Shown: positions 29,701-39,463 of the stretch, piece after piece
Layout: every line of letters starts with the position of its first letter
Position numbering within the stretch: position 1 is the stretch's first letter
The notes under the pieces: model-generated
What the model saw: only the letters and a program-made list of their open reading frames with translations
Databases searched by the model: none
Told to the model about the DNA's origin: nothing
Program-made: the position numbers and the translations under genes
Virus record (IMG/VR): IMGVR_UViG_3300031251_000015
Location: 3,599 to 67,598 of that record
Origin: a virus
DNA: 64,000 nucleotides
Reading direction: 5' to 3' (one strand)

Positions 29701-31991
29701 ATGAAAAAGTAACAGAGCTTATTGGTAATAGAGCTATGGAATATCTTGCCAGAGGTAAAAATATACAAACAGCTAATCGTCTATTTTTAGAAGAGTTTGC
29801 CAAAGTTCCAGTATATGAAGAAGGTGAAAAAGGATCTAAAATATATACAAGTGTAATAAACGCCATAGATCTTATATCTACTGCTATTAATCTTAAAGCA
29901 GCACAGACTGCCTTCACTGGAGATAAGAAAGCAGAGGAAACATTAACTTCTCTAATTAAAAAATATATGAAAGAAGGGAATGACAGTCTAGTTGCTGATT
30001 TAACAACAAAACGCAATATGTTTGAAGATTTGCTAGCTAGATTTGAAAAAGAATCACAGTTTAGAGGCACCAGTTTAATAAATTATCAGACTAATAGAAT
30101 AGATAATCCAGTTCTAGCTCAAATACTTGATAAATTTGACGCGTTTATTTCAGAAGAGTCCTTAGCTAAAAGTCTTGTTGAATACGCTCAAGATGTCGCT
30201 GAACGTAAGGCATCTGGAACTTGGGATATTTCTGGCGTTAAAGAAATTATAGCTAAAACTGGAATAATGTATAAACAGATAGCGCATTTTAAGAGCAGTT
30301 CAACAAAAAAAGAAGCACCAGAAGAAATTACAGAAATAGCAGCAAAACAATCTTTATTTGATGAAACTAATCCAAAGGCATTAAAGTTTAAGTTTGAAGG
30401 AACAAGAGAAGTTGTAAAAGAGTTTATAGATAGAGTCTTTGGTAGAACTATTATACCATTAGGCAGAGATGCTCACAGAAATGCCAATGAAGCTCCTGTA
30501 GAATCTTATAATGAACGAATAAGTAAATTAGTAACTGCGGTAGATTTAGCTACTAGTGTATATGTAGATTTTTATAACTCCATTAAAGAAGTTGATAAAG
30601 CAGAAGAATTGAAAGTAGCTAAAAGTTTGGCCGAATTCAACTGCTCAAAATTAAACGAGTGTTTTACAATTATAAAGCATTTCGATACTGTTGGAATATA
30701 CAACGTACAAACTCAAACTGAATTGTTAACCACCATTCAGCAACTAAAACCACATGCTACACTTTCTATTCGTGACATTAGTAATGAAATACAAGATGTA
30801 GAAAATGTGCTACCAAATCTACTAAAGCTTAATAGTAGTGATGATGAAGCTGGTAAAAAGTTTGCCGAGAAGAAAGAAGATATATTTAACAATTATCTAG
30901 GATCAAGACATGTGTATAGTCTAATGAAACAAGGATATACCCTTACAGAAATTTTTGAAAGGGTTAAACAGATAATGTTAGAAAAACAAGGCAATCCAGA
31001 GTTTGTTAATTTTGCCTCACAAGAAGTTGTAGAACCAGAAGTAACCACAACTGTATCTGGAGTTAGTAAAAAGGTTAATAAATCTGCTGATACTTTGGCT
31101 GATATTTTTATTAAGCGATTGAGGTTTAACTATCCGATAGAAAATAGTGGAAATAATACGACTAATGGTCTAGACAATAGATTCTTAAGTAGATATGCCA
31201 CTTTATTAGACCCAGCTACTTATTCTCTTAATCTATCACCGGAAGTTAAAACACAATTAGTACAAGCTGCCAGTAATTTACTAACGTCATTACCAGGGAT
31301 ACTCGACCAGGAACGTAACACAAAGAAAGCTAAACTTTCAGCAGCAGGAACGTCTCCAGAAGAGATATCGGCACAAGATATACCAAATGATATTATAATT
31401 AAGAAAATTCAAACTACCGTGACAGGTACTGCTGGTATTGTAAATGAAATAACAAAAAAGACAGTAACAACATTACGTGACCCTAGAACAATAAAGCCAG
31501 TTGTAAAAGAAAGCATGTTTAATTTAGCCAAAGCCATTTTAGAAGCTATGGATGATGAAAACAATGACAAAAAGAAACCATTTACTAATATTTCAGCTTC
31601 TCAAAATAAAAGACGAGATGAAGCAGAAGCACGAAACCAAGAAGCTGGTCCGAAAGCTAATGAAATGACTTCAGGTGATGCCGCCACATTAACAAGTTTA
31701 GCTGCTATCTTAAAGGCAAGCTATGGAGTAACGTGTTCCCCAGAGGCAGGTCTTATGAGAGGTAACGAACCATTTACTTTCACTTTCCTTGAATATACCG
31801 TTGATTTATTACAAGAGTATAATAGCTCACTTAAAGAATATTTAGTAATTATTAACAAATATGTAGAAGGTTCAGATACAATAGAATTTGAAACTTCCAG
31901 ACCTGGGGCTGACCATAATATTTATTGTAAGATGTTCTATTTTAACAAGCTAAAACAAATAGTAGATACGTTCTATAAATCAACGGTATAA
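26748..31991 (+). CDS. 1747-aa protein of unknown function, probably head-internal
   Basis: AAGGA RBS, late-type box, N-terminal SLYE|A site; no recognisable catalytic motif. Confidence 0.55.
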   Translation: MFIKSQLFKSLYEARKPKKPVEEPNPSEDAEDIEAGEQAGWKIKRPSKSNKGKIFKSPVQAAVDAGKTTKPGAVSNRVEKVAIKDVAKNEEAKGKSKKSKEEEPFKDSPKVKGSEAFKPEDLKSKYLKTKSEYGNAYMKNRQSVADLYADVENIPFRLSAKKSRNLFKYFSEVLLDSENAQIREDEQSQPAFKELLDILRKGGVGGLHSNEGYNNIPTYVLFMVLVFPLIQPDMVSYLFSKPNIANFFNTLSKTYSGNILNPISFSPNTDLSSLDQIKDEYTRLVVEQFQNMLRSNDPEQQPEKVELARYLQEVTSGLSQSFTKSIGSYKHKNEITKTIYYAIAGGYVPENLDYFELDDKKVQDYFNNKSLSKEQSLLTDAAEQLVYHRSESIEESPALNKNLAGMNARNELAWKYALETNRLQRKRKNKEIERAEKTRSINLGTFEYFKELSRAIPQINENDAKLTEILNNMFNFGEGLTTLSVESVSKKTTNDLHNFAKEGMDLISAIFSNDALLLKTFNNVAEKIPVIKQSIIESEDRIAYVRDTYLAPFKTQLSTILKNFAAITEEDVSILLNTVISITNCIGKQLEPFKLKPILYSYETHLKKAELRSNIYRLDGFAFLRSVLNLDSLLIEAGKITKKAGKVAKQKEEKPTTDQSVTAGEEGAEFKTGVLLGSKRSSKQLQAARREIMETKAVLTSLRSVTARLLDIIRQKIEDADLKILNALVSGATEEEDIVKVSEFLTTLVSDISSRFFSKNSPYKLSLLSAGESKEALVAKTVTLNLIEDAKNSLLATPGVFNGKTEYYDGLTDDFINFVNLVTSIKPDYAGLAIDPVTGEVSSNLKDAIDPASSSKSFFGNFFFAGLPRAIESNPLAKLCLQKFMLLKFKRLFFNPLSTASSKTILLPEAISANPKAAAQIDAYFKQLQNTCHGGIQTAVDEIDTEILSSYGDSTRNFTTFVNEEDPTVSATTAFYIPGTHDKEYEKVTELIGNRAMEYLARGKNIQTANRLFLEEFAKVPVYEEGEKGSKIYTSVINAIDLISTAINLKAAQTAFTGDKKAEETLTSLIKKYMKEGNDSLVADLTTKRNMFEDLLARFEKESQFRGTSLINYQTNRIDNPVLAQILDKFDAFISEESLAKSLVEYAQDVAERKASGTWDISGVKEIIAKTGIMYKQIAHFKSSSTKKEAPEEITEIAAKQSLFDETNPKALKFKFEGTREVVKEFIDRVFGRTIIPLGRDAHRNANEAPVESYNERISKLVTAVDLATSVYVDFYNSIKEVDKAEELKVAKSLAEFNCSKLNECFTIIKHFDTVGIYNVQTQTELLTTIQQLKPHATLSIRDISNEIQDVENVLPNLLKLNSSDDEAGKKFAEKKEDIFNNYLGSRHVYSLMKQGYTLTEIFERVKQIMLEKQGNPEFVNFASQEVVEPEVTTTVSGVSKKVNKSADTLADIFIKRLRFNYPIENSGNNTTNGLDNRFLSRYATLLDPATYSLNLSPEVKTQLVQAASNLLTSLPGILDQERNTKKAKLSAAGTSPEEISAQDIPNDIIIKKIQTTVTGTAGIVNEITKKTVTTLRDPRTIKPVVKESMFNLAKAILEAMDDENNDKKKPFTNISASQNKRRDEAEARNQEAGPKANEMTSGDAATLTSLAAILKASYGVTCSPEAGLMRGNEPFTFTFLEYTVDLLQEYNSSLKEYLVIINKYVEGSDTIEFETSRPGADHNIYCKMFYFNKLKQIVDTFYKSTV

Positions 31992-31992
31992 T

Positions 31993-34440
31993 ATGAAGCA
32001 AACTAAAAGAATAAATCTTTCTGATATGCTAGCTCAACTTGAAAAAGCCGAGCTAGCAAGTTTGTTCGAAATTATTAAACCTAAAACAACCCAAGATATT
32101 AAATTAGCTGCGGCAGAACGTGAAAGATACAGCGACATTCGTAAAGATACTGGGGTGGTAAAGCAGATCACACAAGAACCTGGAACAATGATAAAGCATG
32201 GGCTACAAAATACAAAAGATGCTTATGCCAAGGCTAATATTGTACCGTATTTGACTAACACTTCTTTATATAAGGCATTCGGTTCCTTATCTCCAGAACA
32301 ACAACAAGGGATGGAAAACGCGGCTATAAATTATAGTGATAAGCTTAAACAGATAAATTGGACGTATCATTTTTATTCAACTATTCTAAAAGGGCCTAGT
32401 GTAAAGCTAACTACTTTAATGGTTAAGCCCGAGATAGTTATACCATCAGCTAAAACAGTAGAAGATTTCTATACTAATTATAGTGTATCTAATTATGCCC
32501 CATTATTTGAAGATACCACTACTGCGGACAGAGTTATTTCTGGAACAAGAAGCGGTGATGATATATATTTAAACACCAATAATGAAGTAAGAGCATATGT
32601 TAGATCAGAGAAAGAACGCGGATTGTTTATTGGGGCCGTAGTATCAGGCGCCAGATATGTTAATTTTACTCAATTAGAATCTAATATATCATCAGAAGAA
32701 GGTTTAAAACTTAAAAACTTTGCCTCATCTATTCTTGACACAGTCAAACAAAAAGTATTTACAGATATTGAACCCTTTTTTAGAACTGATAATGAAAAAG
32801 CATTTTTAAATACTTTAAAAACATCACAACTTTCACCAGTATTTATGGATTCTTTGTTTTTTGGATTAGTAGACGTGATGAATATTCCATTATCAGTAAA
32901 TTATGGTGTTAAACAAAAAGCTGGGGAGGCTTTACGAGGGTTTAATGTATTAAATAACCAAATGTACGGAGAGTCTTTAGCACAGTCTAACCCACCAGCA
33001 GCTTCGGCTATTATTTCTAATTTAGACAAGTGTATGACTTTTGGCAATCCTTTCTTACGAGATTTACAGAAGTTAATGAGGGCGGCGTCTAAAGCTCGGT
33101 ATACTCCAACACATTATAATAAACTTACTAATGTTTTATTTGCCAAGTTTGGAGATTTACTATCTAAACTTACCGCTATATGTGGAACAAGTGCTTATGA
33201 TTTTGATACAATTTTTTGTAAAAATTCTCCACAAGATAAAATAGACCAATTAAACCATGATTTTGAGTCTGGTTCTATATTTTCAGGATCTAGCGACACT
33301 TCACGATACCCAAATCCATTTATAAGAATATTGTTTACAAAAAGAAATGAACCAGACCCAGCATACATAATAAAACCAATGCATGTAAGTGCTTTAGCTT
33401 TTGCGCAAGAAACAAAATATAAGTCTAAAAGTGGAACACTTCCATTATTAGTAGCCCTTAACAGTGATAAAGAAACTGTTAAAGCTAATGAATGGAAAGG
33501 AGTAGGAATACCAGAAGATGAACATAAAGAGATTTTAGCAAAGGCACAAGCTGAAACTGGAAATATAAGCAAAGCAAGTTATGTTAGAGTATTATCATCC
33601 CTCGCTGACCGTGACGATACCTCACAAAATGCTCAAGCGGGTAAAGACAGAATGGCTGCGGCACAGTTATTAAATACTTTCGAGTCTTTATATAATGGCG
33701 ACGGAACTTTTAAACCTAACCATGTATTATTTGCCATAGTTCCAAGAGTGTTATTCCAAGGTGCTGCTCAAGGTATATCAACAGAAGTTAGTATAGATCT
33801 TCAAATGGAGAATGCTAATAAAAACATAAATATATATAAAGAAAGTTTTGAGTATGATCGACGTGAAGCAAAAAAGAAAGCTTTAAAAGAAGTAGAAGAT
33901 GCTAATAATATGTCTATTATGGGAGACCCAACTTCTCCTGACGTTAATAAAGATATTGATACTAAAATAGCTAAAAGAAATGAAGCTAAAAAAGTAGCCA
34001 ATGAACGATTAGCGTTATTTAAAAATGTAGCTCTTGATGATACAAAAGATGAAATAATCAGTAGTATAACTGCTAAAATGGTACCACTTACTGATGTTCT
34101 TAATACGTTCTTAACACACATGTATACCTATGATATGTCATCGCAAGAGTTAGTTAATCTTCAAGGAACTTTTAAAATTATTGTAAGAAATATTCAAGCT
34201 GGCTATTGGACTATGAAAATACCCTGTTTACGTAATACTAAACTTGGATTAATTAGTTTATTAAAAACTGACAGAGGAGATTTTAATCTTAATCAATTTG
34301 AAGATATAGAAACTTCAATTAGTCACTTACGTCAAGAATTAATAGATATAAAATTAGCAGAACAAGCCACGGAACAGCCACATCAAACGCCACCTAGCAG
34401 TATTATATTACCCCCAGGATACGACCCAATTAAGTTTTAG
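31993..34440 (+). CDS. 815-aa protein of unknown function, probably virion-associated
   Basis: Coupled to the previous gene; SLFE near the N-terminus. Confidence 0.5.
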   Translation: MKQTKRINLSDMLAQLEKAELASLFEIIKPKTTQDIKLAAAERERYSDIRKDTGVVKQITQEPGTMIKHGLQNTKDAYAKANIVPYLTNTSLYKAFGSLSPEQQQGMENAAINYSDKLKQINWTYHFYSTILKGPSVKLTTLMVKPEIVIPSAKTVEDFYTNYSVSNYAPLFEDTTTADRVISGTRSGDDIYLNTNNEVRAYVRSEKERGLFIGAVVSGARYVNFTQLESNISSEEGLKLKNFASSILDTVKQKVFTDIEPFFRTDNEKAFLNTLKTSQLSPVFMDSLFFGLVDVMNIPLSVNYGVKQKAGEALRGFNVLNNQMYGESLAQSNPPAASAIISNLDKCMTFGNPFLRDLQKLMRAASKARYTPTHYNKLTNVLFAKFGDLLSKLTAICGTSAYDFDTIFCKNSPQDKIDQLNHDFESGSIFSGSSDTSRYPNPFIRILFTKRNEPDPAYIIKPMHVSALAFAQETKYKSKSGTLPLLVALNSDKETVKANEWKGVGIPEDEHKEILAKAQAETGNISKASYVRVLSSLADRDDTSQNAQAGKDRMAAAQLLNTFESLYNGDGTFKPNHVLFAIVPRVLFQGAAQGISTEVSIDLQMENANKNINIYKESFEYDRREAKKKALKEVEDANNMSIMGDPTSPDVNKDIDTKIAKRNEAKKVANERLALFKNVALDDTKDEIISSITAKMVPLTDVLNTFLTHMYTYDMSSQELVNLQGTFKIIVRNIQAGYWTMKIPCLRNTKLGLISLLKTDRGDFNLNQFEDIETSISHLRQELIDIKLAEQATEQPHQTPPSSIILPPGYDPIKF

Positions 34441-34448
34441 AAGAGACT

Positions 34449-34730
34449 ATGGAACCAACACAACAAGAACAGTCAGTATCTAATGAAATAACAGAGATGT
34501 CTTTACAAGAAATGATGTTTCTTGTAAGTGCTTGTTTTTATACAACCGCTGCCGAAATAGGCCAACAAGCTTTAGAAGCTAAAAATGAAGCACTTGTAGT
34601 TATTAAACATGCTGACGTTCCAGATATAGCAAAAGAAATTGAAGCGGCCGGCAAAGAAATAACTGATTTTAAAACAAAAGAAACAAAATATGATGGCACG
34701 GCGGAACCTTTAACTCCAGAAGAACCATAG
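34449..34730 (+). CDS. Small acidic hypothetical protein (TAG stop)
   Basis: ORF in operon. Confidence 0.55.
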   Translation: MEPTQQEQSVSNEITEMSLQEMMFLVSACFYTTAAEIGQQALEAKNEALVVIKHADVPDIAKEIEAAGKEITDFKTKETKYDGTAEPLTPEEP

Positions 34731-34766
34731 TTTGTCGATACTAATAACAGAGCTGTTTTAGGAGCT

Positions 34767-36161
34767 ATGTTGATTGACAAGACTACGATTCAGTATATAA
34801 ATCCAGCACTTAAGTTTTCAATAAAGAAATATTTTCCCTTGAAGGAGAAGACGTTGTTATACGACGCCTTGCTTTTTTGTAGTGTGATATCTAAAACTCC
34901 AATGCGCTGTTCTTCTGCTGATTTAGAAGCCTTTAGTAATTTAATGATTAACTGTAAAGAACTTGATATATCTTTAGAAAAATATTTAAGTTGTGCTTAT
35001 GCTTATATTAAGAAATATTCAACTCCTGGGCATAGGCTCGGAATATCTTATTTTCTAAATGATTCAGTAATAGAGTATTGTGGCTCTATGTTGGAAAAGT
35101 TCACTAGCTCCTCTTTGTTTTTAGAGCAAGTAAAAAATGATATTCTGTCTACAGAAAAAAGTATAAGAGAATTAATGACGGAAACTTCAATATCATACGA
35201 GCAATCTTTTGGGAATATGCTTAAAAATAAAAAAATAAGTTCATTCTTTTTAGCGTATAAGAAGTTTTGTAATTCAGTGTTAGTTAAAGACTACAATTCT
35301 GAATATTTTATGACATTAGTTAATATACTAGAGCCATTCTTTACGTATATTTTAGCTAAAAATAATGTATATAGTCCTCATAGGATACAAAAGTGGAATA
35401 ATTCTAAAATAGAAGATTTTAGTTTTTGTTCAGTGTATTTTACAGATAGATACATAACTAACGAACTTATAGAAGAATGCCTAGGCAACGAAGCTACTGA
35501 AAATGGAACAAAGTTACACAGTATTTTTGAATCTATTTTTACTAGATATAACAAAAATAAAGTAAAAAATCTAAAAAATATAGCATTAAAATATTTTAAA
35601 TCTACAGCTTATTTGGATATAAAGAAAGAACTACCTGAACATATGTCGTTTATAGAGGAATTATTTACAAAAGATGATTCTATTTTTTATTCCTTGCTTG
35701 ATGAAAATACACAAGTTTTAGTAGAACATACAATGAATGCTAATCTGGCTGGATTTGAGTTTTATGGAACAGCAGATTTGATTTTTATAAACAATAACAA
35801 AGCTTATATATTTGACTATAAATCATCAAAATTAGATGAAAAGTATTTAACAAAAAATAACGACAAGTATAATAAACAAATTAGTCTTTATGCTAAACTA
35901 TTAAAAGAAGAACATCCAGAACTTATTAGCATAACTGGAAAAATTATATATACAAGAGGATTACTACATCCGTTTGATAAATTAAATGATAATATTCATA
36001 TAGAACGAGCATTAGACATAGAAAAAATTAAAAAAACATTAAAATCAGGCATTCTTATGCCAAATACTCGCAATTGTTTTCTCTGTAGACACCCGGCTTG
36101 TAAGTTTAGAACACGACCTAGTATTTGGGCAGAGGATGGTTCGCGAAAAATAAGCAATTAA
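34767..36161 (+). CDS. PD-(D/E)XK exonuclease, Cas4/RecB-like
   Basis: FSFC, GTKLHSIFE, GTADLI...IFDYKS, QISLY, C-terminal CFLC...C. Confidence 0.8.
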   Translation: MLIDKTTIQYINPALKFSIKKYFPLKEKTLLYDALLFCSVISKTPMRCSSADLEAFSNLMINCKELDISLEKYLSCAYAYIKKYSTPGHRLGISYFLNDSVIEYCGSMLEKFTSSSLFLEQVKNDILSTEKSIRELMTETSISYEQSFGNMLKNKKISSFFLAYKKFCNSVLVKDYNSEYFMTLVNILEPFFTYILAKNNVYSPHRIQKWNNSKIEDFSFCSVYFTDRYITNELIEECLGNEATENGTKLHSIFESIFTRYNKNKVKNLKNIALKYFKSTAYLDIKKELPEHMSFIEELFTKDDSIFYSLLDENTQVLVEHTMNANLAGFEFYGTADLIFINNNKAYIFDYKSSKLDEKYLTKNNDKYNKQISLYAKLLKEEHPELISITGKIIYTRGLLHPFDKLNDNIHIERALDIEKIKKTLKSGILMPNTRNCFLCRHPACKFRTRPSIWAEDGSRKISN

Positions 36162-36182
36162 ATTGTAGAGGTTATATACACT

Positions 36183-36788
36183 ATGAAATCATTAATTAGA
36201 ATGTTTTTAGATGAAGCAGTTGAAGATGTTAATTTACCAAAAGAGCCAGTCAGTGCCGCAGAACCAGTAGGACAGCCTATGAGTAGTGGTGATTTTGCTC
36301 CTCCCCCCGCAACTCCAAGTTTAACACAACAGGCTCCCGGTGCTGCCGCCATGCCTAAAGGTCAGGCTGGAACAAACACTATTCAAAAAGAAGTACTAGA
36401 TAAGCAAGTTATTCTTACTATTCTTGGTGAAATGAAAAGTGTTATTGCTTTCTATGATAAAAAGTTTGAAAGTGAAGATCTTGATTTAGAGACTGCCAAG
36501 AAAGTTATTGATAACTTTCTAGCCAGTTTAGCCACACATGCTAATAACATTGCTAATTTAATAGGTGAAGATACCCCAGAAGAAGCTCCTATGGAAGAGC
36601 CTTTACCAGAACTTCCTCAAGAACCAATGCCAGAACTTCCTCAAGAACCAATGCCAGAACAAACACCAGCACAAGATGATGGATTAGGTAATGAAGCTCT
36701 TCCTACAAGTCCTTCACAAGAAGAATATACAAATCCGTTTGGTCATGCCGAAGAATCTGATTTTACTGATCCATCTGGAGCACTATAA
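36183..36788 (+). CDS. Acidic Pro-rich protein, probably head-internal
   Basis: FLDE|A N-terminus; PELPQEPM repeat; late box upstream. Confidence 0.5.
   Translation: MKSLIRMFLDEAVEDVNLPKEPVSAAEPVGQPMSSGDFAPPPATPSLTQQAPGAAAMPKGQAGTNTIQKEVLDKQVILTILGEMKSVIAFYDKKFESEDLDLETAKKVIDNFLASLATHANNIANLIGEDTPEEAPMEEPLPELPQEPMPELPQEPMPEQTPAQDDGLGNEALPTSPSQEEYTNPFGHAEESDFTDPSGAL
36606..36660 (+). repeat. 24-bp in-frame tandem repeat (2.3 copies)
   Basis: CCAGAACTTCCTCAAGAACCAATG twice, then CCAGAAC. Confidence 0.9.
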
Positions 36789-37111
36789 TGGCATCATATA
36801 CTACAAAGTTTAGCGTTGGCGATACAGCATATTATATTAAACATGCTAATGTTATATCTGTTGTGGTATCTGATATATACATTCATGATTTTGTTGGGTT
36901 AGGAATTAACTCCACCGGGTCTTCTAGCAATATAAATCCTCCTCTAATTTCATATAAAGTGTCTCATTCTGTGAATAGCTCTGGTGTTGGCGTCTCTAAA
37001 AATGGCCCGTCAACATTTAATGAATCAGATTTGTATTATATAGCCGAAGTTACTGCTACAATGAATCAGATTTTAGCACAAAAAGCACTCAATTTACAGG
37101 CATTAAACTAA
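36788..37111 (+). CDS. Small beta protein, paralog 1
   Basis: TTKFSVGDTAYY N-terminus. Confidence 0.6.
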   Translation: MASYTTKFSVGDTAYYIKHANVISVVVSDIYIHDFVGLGINSTGSSSNINPPLISYKVSHSVNSSGVGVSKNGPSTFNESDLYYIAEVTATMNQILAQKALNLQALN

Positions 37112-37390
37112 ATGGCTCAAATAATAACTACACAATTTTCTATTGGTGATACTGCTTATTTTCCGTTATTTGCCACCGCTACTATTTATGTAGTTACTGT
37201 TATTGATGTTTATTTAAGAAATGTAAATGGACAATCTATTGTTTTATATGATTTACAAAGAATAGATAATAAGACTGTATTACAAGGTATTCCGCAAGAT
37301 CAAGTATTTACTTTTCCACAAGCAAAAGCTTCTTTACTAACTTATCTACAAGCAAAAATAACTGAAGTAACTAACTTAACGGTATCTTAA
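37112..37390 (+). CDS. Small beta protein, paralog 2
   Basis: TTQFSIGDTAYF N-terminus. Confidence 0.6.
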   Translation: MAQIITTQFSIGDTAYFPLFATATIYVVTVIDVYLRNVNGQSIVLYDLQRIDNKTVLQGIPQDQVFTFPQAKASLLTYLQAKITEVTNLTVS

Positions 37391-37998
37391 TGGCAACTCT
37401 ATATAACAAATTATTTGAAACATTTGACACTCTATCAAAATCAAATGTAACTAATGGGTCAATAGATGGTGTTATATCTCCATACTCTGTCCCAGCCAAA
37501 GATTCAGTTGGTATAGCTGTAGATACGTTAAACGATTCAGATAGAATTGATAGTAAAATCTCGATAGTACATAAGAAGTGTCAGTATAATATCATGATGG
37601 TTTCTGCTTCTGACATGGAAGGATTTAGAACGTTATGTGAAAGACTTACAGACGCTTTTAAATTAAACAAGATTTTTGATAATGATCCACTAATTCAGAC
37701 TAAATTGGCAGAAATACTTGCTTACAGTTATATATCCAAAAACTCTACCTATCTTATATACCCTGATATTTTTCAGGCAAAGACCAAGGCTCTGTCTGTG
37801 TTTAATGTGGCTAAAAAGCTTGGGCTAAACTTTCTTAATTCAAAAGTTGAAGATTTATTAAAGAAAGTCTTACTCACCGTATTTTATAAGATTTCGTTTG
37901 ACCAAGATGATAAACAAAAAACTGAACAAGCACCAACCAAGCCTACCACACAGCAGCAACCATTACAACAGCCCTTACAAACTCCTGGAATAAAATAG
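37390..37998 (+). CDS. Hypothetical protein
   Basis: KLFE near the N-terminus; Q/P-rich tail. Confidence 0.55.
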   Translation: MATLYNKLFETFDTLSKSNVTNGSIDGVISPYSVPAKDSVGIAVDTLNDSDRIDSKISIVHKKCQYNIMMVSASDMEGFRTLCERLTDAFKLNKIFDNDPLIQTKLAEILAYSYISKNSTYLIYPDIFQAKTKALSVFNVAKKLGLNFLNSKVEDLLKKVLLTVFYKISFDQDDKQKTEQAPTKPTTQQQPLQQPLQTPGIK

Positions 37999-38002
37999 CA
38001 TA

Positions 38003-38096
38003 ATGAATATTACTTATTGTTATGTGTATTATAGAAAAGATTACTCCAGCGACAGTTAGTTTAATAGTTCGTAATAAAACTTGGAAGGAAGAATAA
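38003..38096 (+). pseudogene. Internally deleted GIY-YIG/HTH endonuclease fossil
   Basis: MNITYCYVYYRKD (38003-38041) abuts, in another frame, ITPATVSLIVRNKTWKEE* (38040-38096). Both ends match the termini of 14490..15203. Confidence 0.75.
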
Positions 38097-38101
38097 ATAA
38101 A

Positions 38102-38722
38102 ATGACTACCGAATTAGAAGTAGTTGAAACTTTTTGGCAGAAATATAAAAAAGATGGCGTATATTTTGGTATAGTGATAGTTCTTGTTGCCTCAGGATTT
38201 GGTTTTTGGTATATAAAAGATCAGAAACATTCTAAAGCTATGGCTGAAACTGCCTCAAAATTGGCCTCGTTAAATAGTGATTATACTAAATTAAACGCAG
38301 ATAAAATCGCAGCAGACACAAATGCAGCCAATGCTCTATCTTTATATAAAATAGAACACGCTAAACTTATTGCTCAATTAAAGAAAAAACCAGTACAACA
38401 AACTACTCCAACAACTCCATTAGAACCTCTACCAGTTATACCATCATCTACTAACCTTGATGATTGTAACAAGCTTGTTCAACAGCTAACCACCGATAAC
38501 AATGATTGTATTACTGTAGTAACCACTCTTCAGACAGACAAACAAGCTGCTGAAGCTGTTATTAATAATCTAAAAGATACAGTAATTACTACTAATAAAG
38601 AAACAGAGGAAGCAAAAGCACAAACTGTCTCTGAAACAAAGCGGAAAGTTTGGTATAGAAATGGATTGTTAGTAGAAACCGGCTGGATAATTTTACATAT
38701 ACTTACTCATGGGGCATTATAA
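38102..38722 (+). CDS. Membrane-anchored coiled-coil protein, spanin (Rz-like) candidate
   Basis: N-terminal TM, long coiled coil, overlaps the endolysin start. ATG 38102 preferred. Confidence 0.5.
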   Translation: MTTELEVVETFWQKYKKDGVYFGIVIVLVASGFGFWYIKDQKHSKAMAETASKLASLNSDYTKLNADKIAADTNAANALSLYKIEHAKLIAQLKKKPVQQTTPTTPLEPLPVIPSSTNLDDCNKLVQQLTTDNNDCITVVTTLQTDKQAAEAVINNLKDTVITTNKETEEAKAQTVSETKRKVWYRNGLLVETGWIILHILTHGAL

Positions 38723-39171
38723 TGGTAACACAGCTATCTCCTAACTTTACATTAGAACAATTAGTATTTAGTCAAACTGCTGCTCGTAAAGGAATAGACA
38801 ATACTCCCTCACCAGAAATTATTGCTAATTTAACTAATCTTTGTGTTAATCTGTTAGAACCAGCAAGAGAACTACTTAACGCTCCAATTCATATTGATAG
38901 TGGTTATAGATGTAAGGAATTAAACGTTGCTGTAGGTGGTGCCGCTACTTCCGAACATGTGTTAGGTCACGCCGCTGATTGTATACCGCAAGGTTGGGAT
39001 TTGGCTCTTGCTTTTGATACTTTACGCACTTCTGACCTACCCTATGACCAGATTATTTTTGAATGTAAGGAATGGATACATTTAGGCATGGCGGCTGACG
39101 GAGTTACACCAAGACGAGAAGCCTTAACTGCTACTGGTGGTCCTGGTGCTTGGCATTATCAAAAAGTTTAA
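38722..39171 (+). CDS. Peptidase M15A endolysin
   Basis: LSPNFTLE, S.TAARKGIDNTP, SGYRC..LN.AVGG...SEH..G.AAD, WIHL. Confidence 0.9.
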   Translation: MVTQLSPNFTLEQLVFSQTAARKGIDNTPSPEIIANLTNLCVNLLEPARELLNAPIHIDSGYRCKELNVAVGGAATSEHVLGHAADCIPQGWDLALAFDTLRTSDLPYDQIIFECKEWIHLGMAADGVTPRREALTATGGPGAWHYQKV

Positions 39172-39212
39172 TTAAATAATTAAATTAACCGATAATATAA
39201 TTGGAGAAATGT

Positions 39213-39422
39213 ATGACAGAAGGCAACACATCAATTAGTTTTACGGATCAAGAATTAAAAGCTTTACATACCATAGTAAGCCAGTTTAAAATTAATGTGA
39301 CGATTGAAGATTTACTAAAAGTGGCAAGTAAGGAAGAAACTACCCCATTAGTTTCTATCTTACAAAAGCTATCAGAAGCTGTTGTAAATCGCCAAAAAGA
39401 AATAAATACGTTTGAAAAGTAG
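39213..39422 (+). CDS. Hypothetical protein
   Basis: GGAGA RBS before ATG 39213; promoter box at 39187. Confidence 0.55.
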   Translation: MTEGNTSISFTDQELKALHTIVSQFKINVTIEDLLKVASKEETTPLVSILQKLSEAVVNRQKEINTFEK

Positions 39423-39463
39423 GTAATTAAATTGTAGTACAAAGTTTATCGAAAGGATATAAT

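Noticed and set aside
26748-31991. Virion RNA polymerase or tape measure protein
   Set aside because: No DxDGD or T7-type motifs; too charged and lacks tape-measure context.
34767-36161. CRISPR-Cas system
   Set aside because: Solo Cas4-like nuclease; no other cas genes or repeat-spacer array seen.
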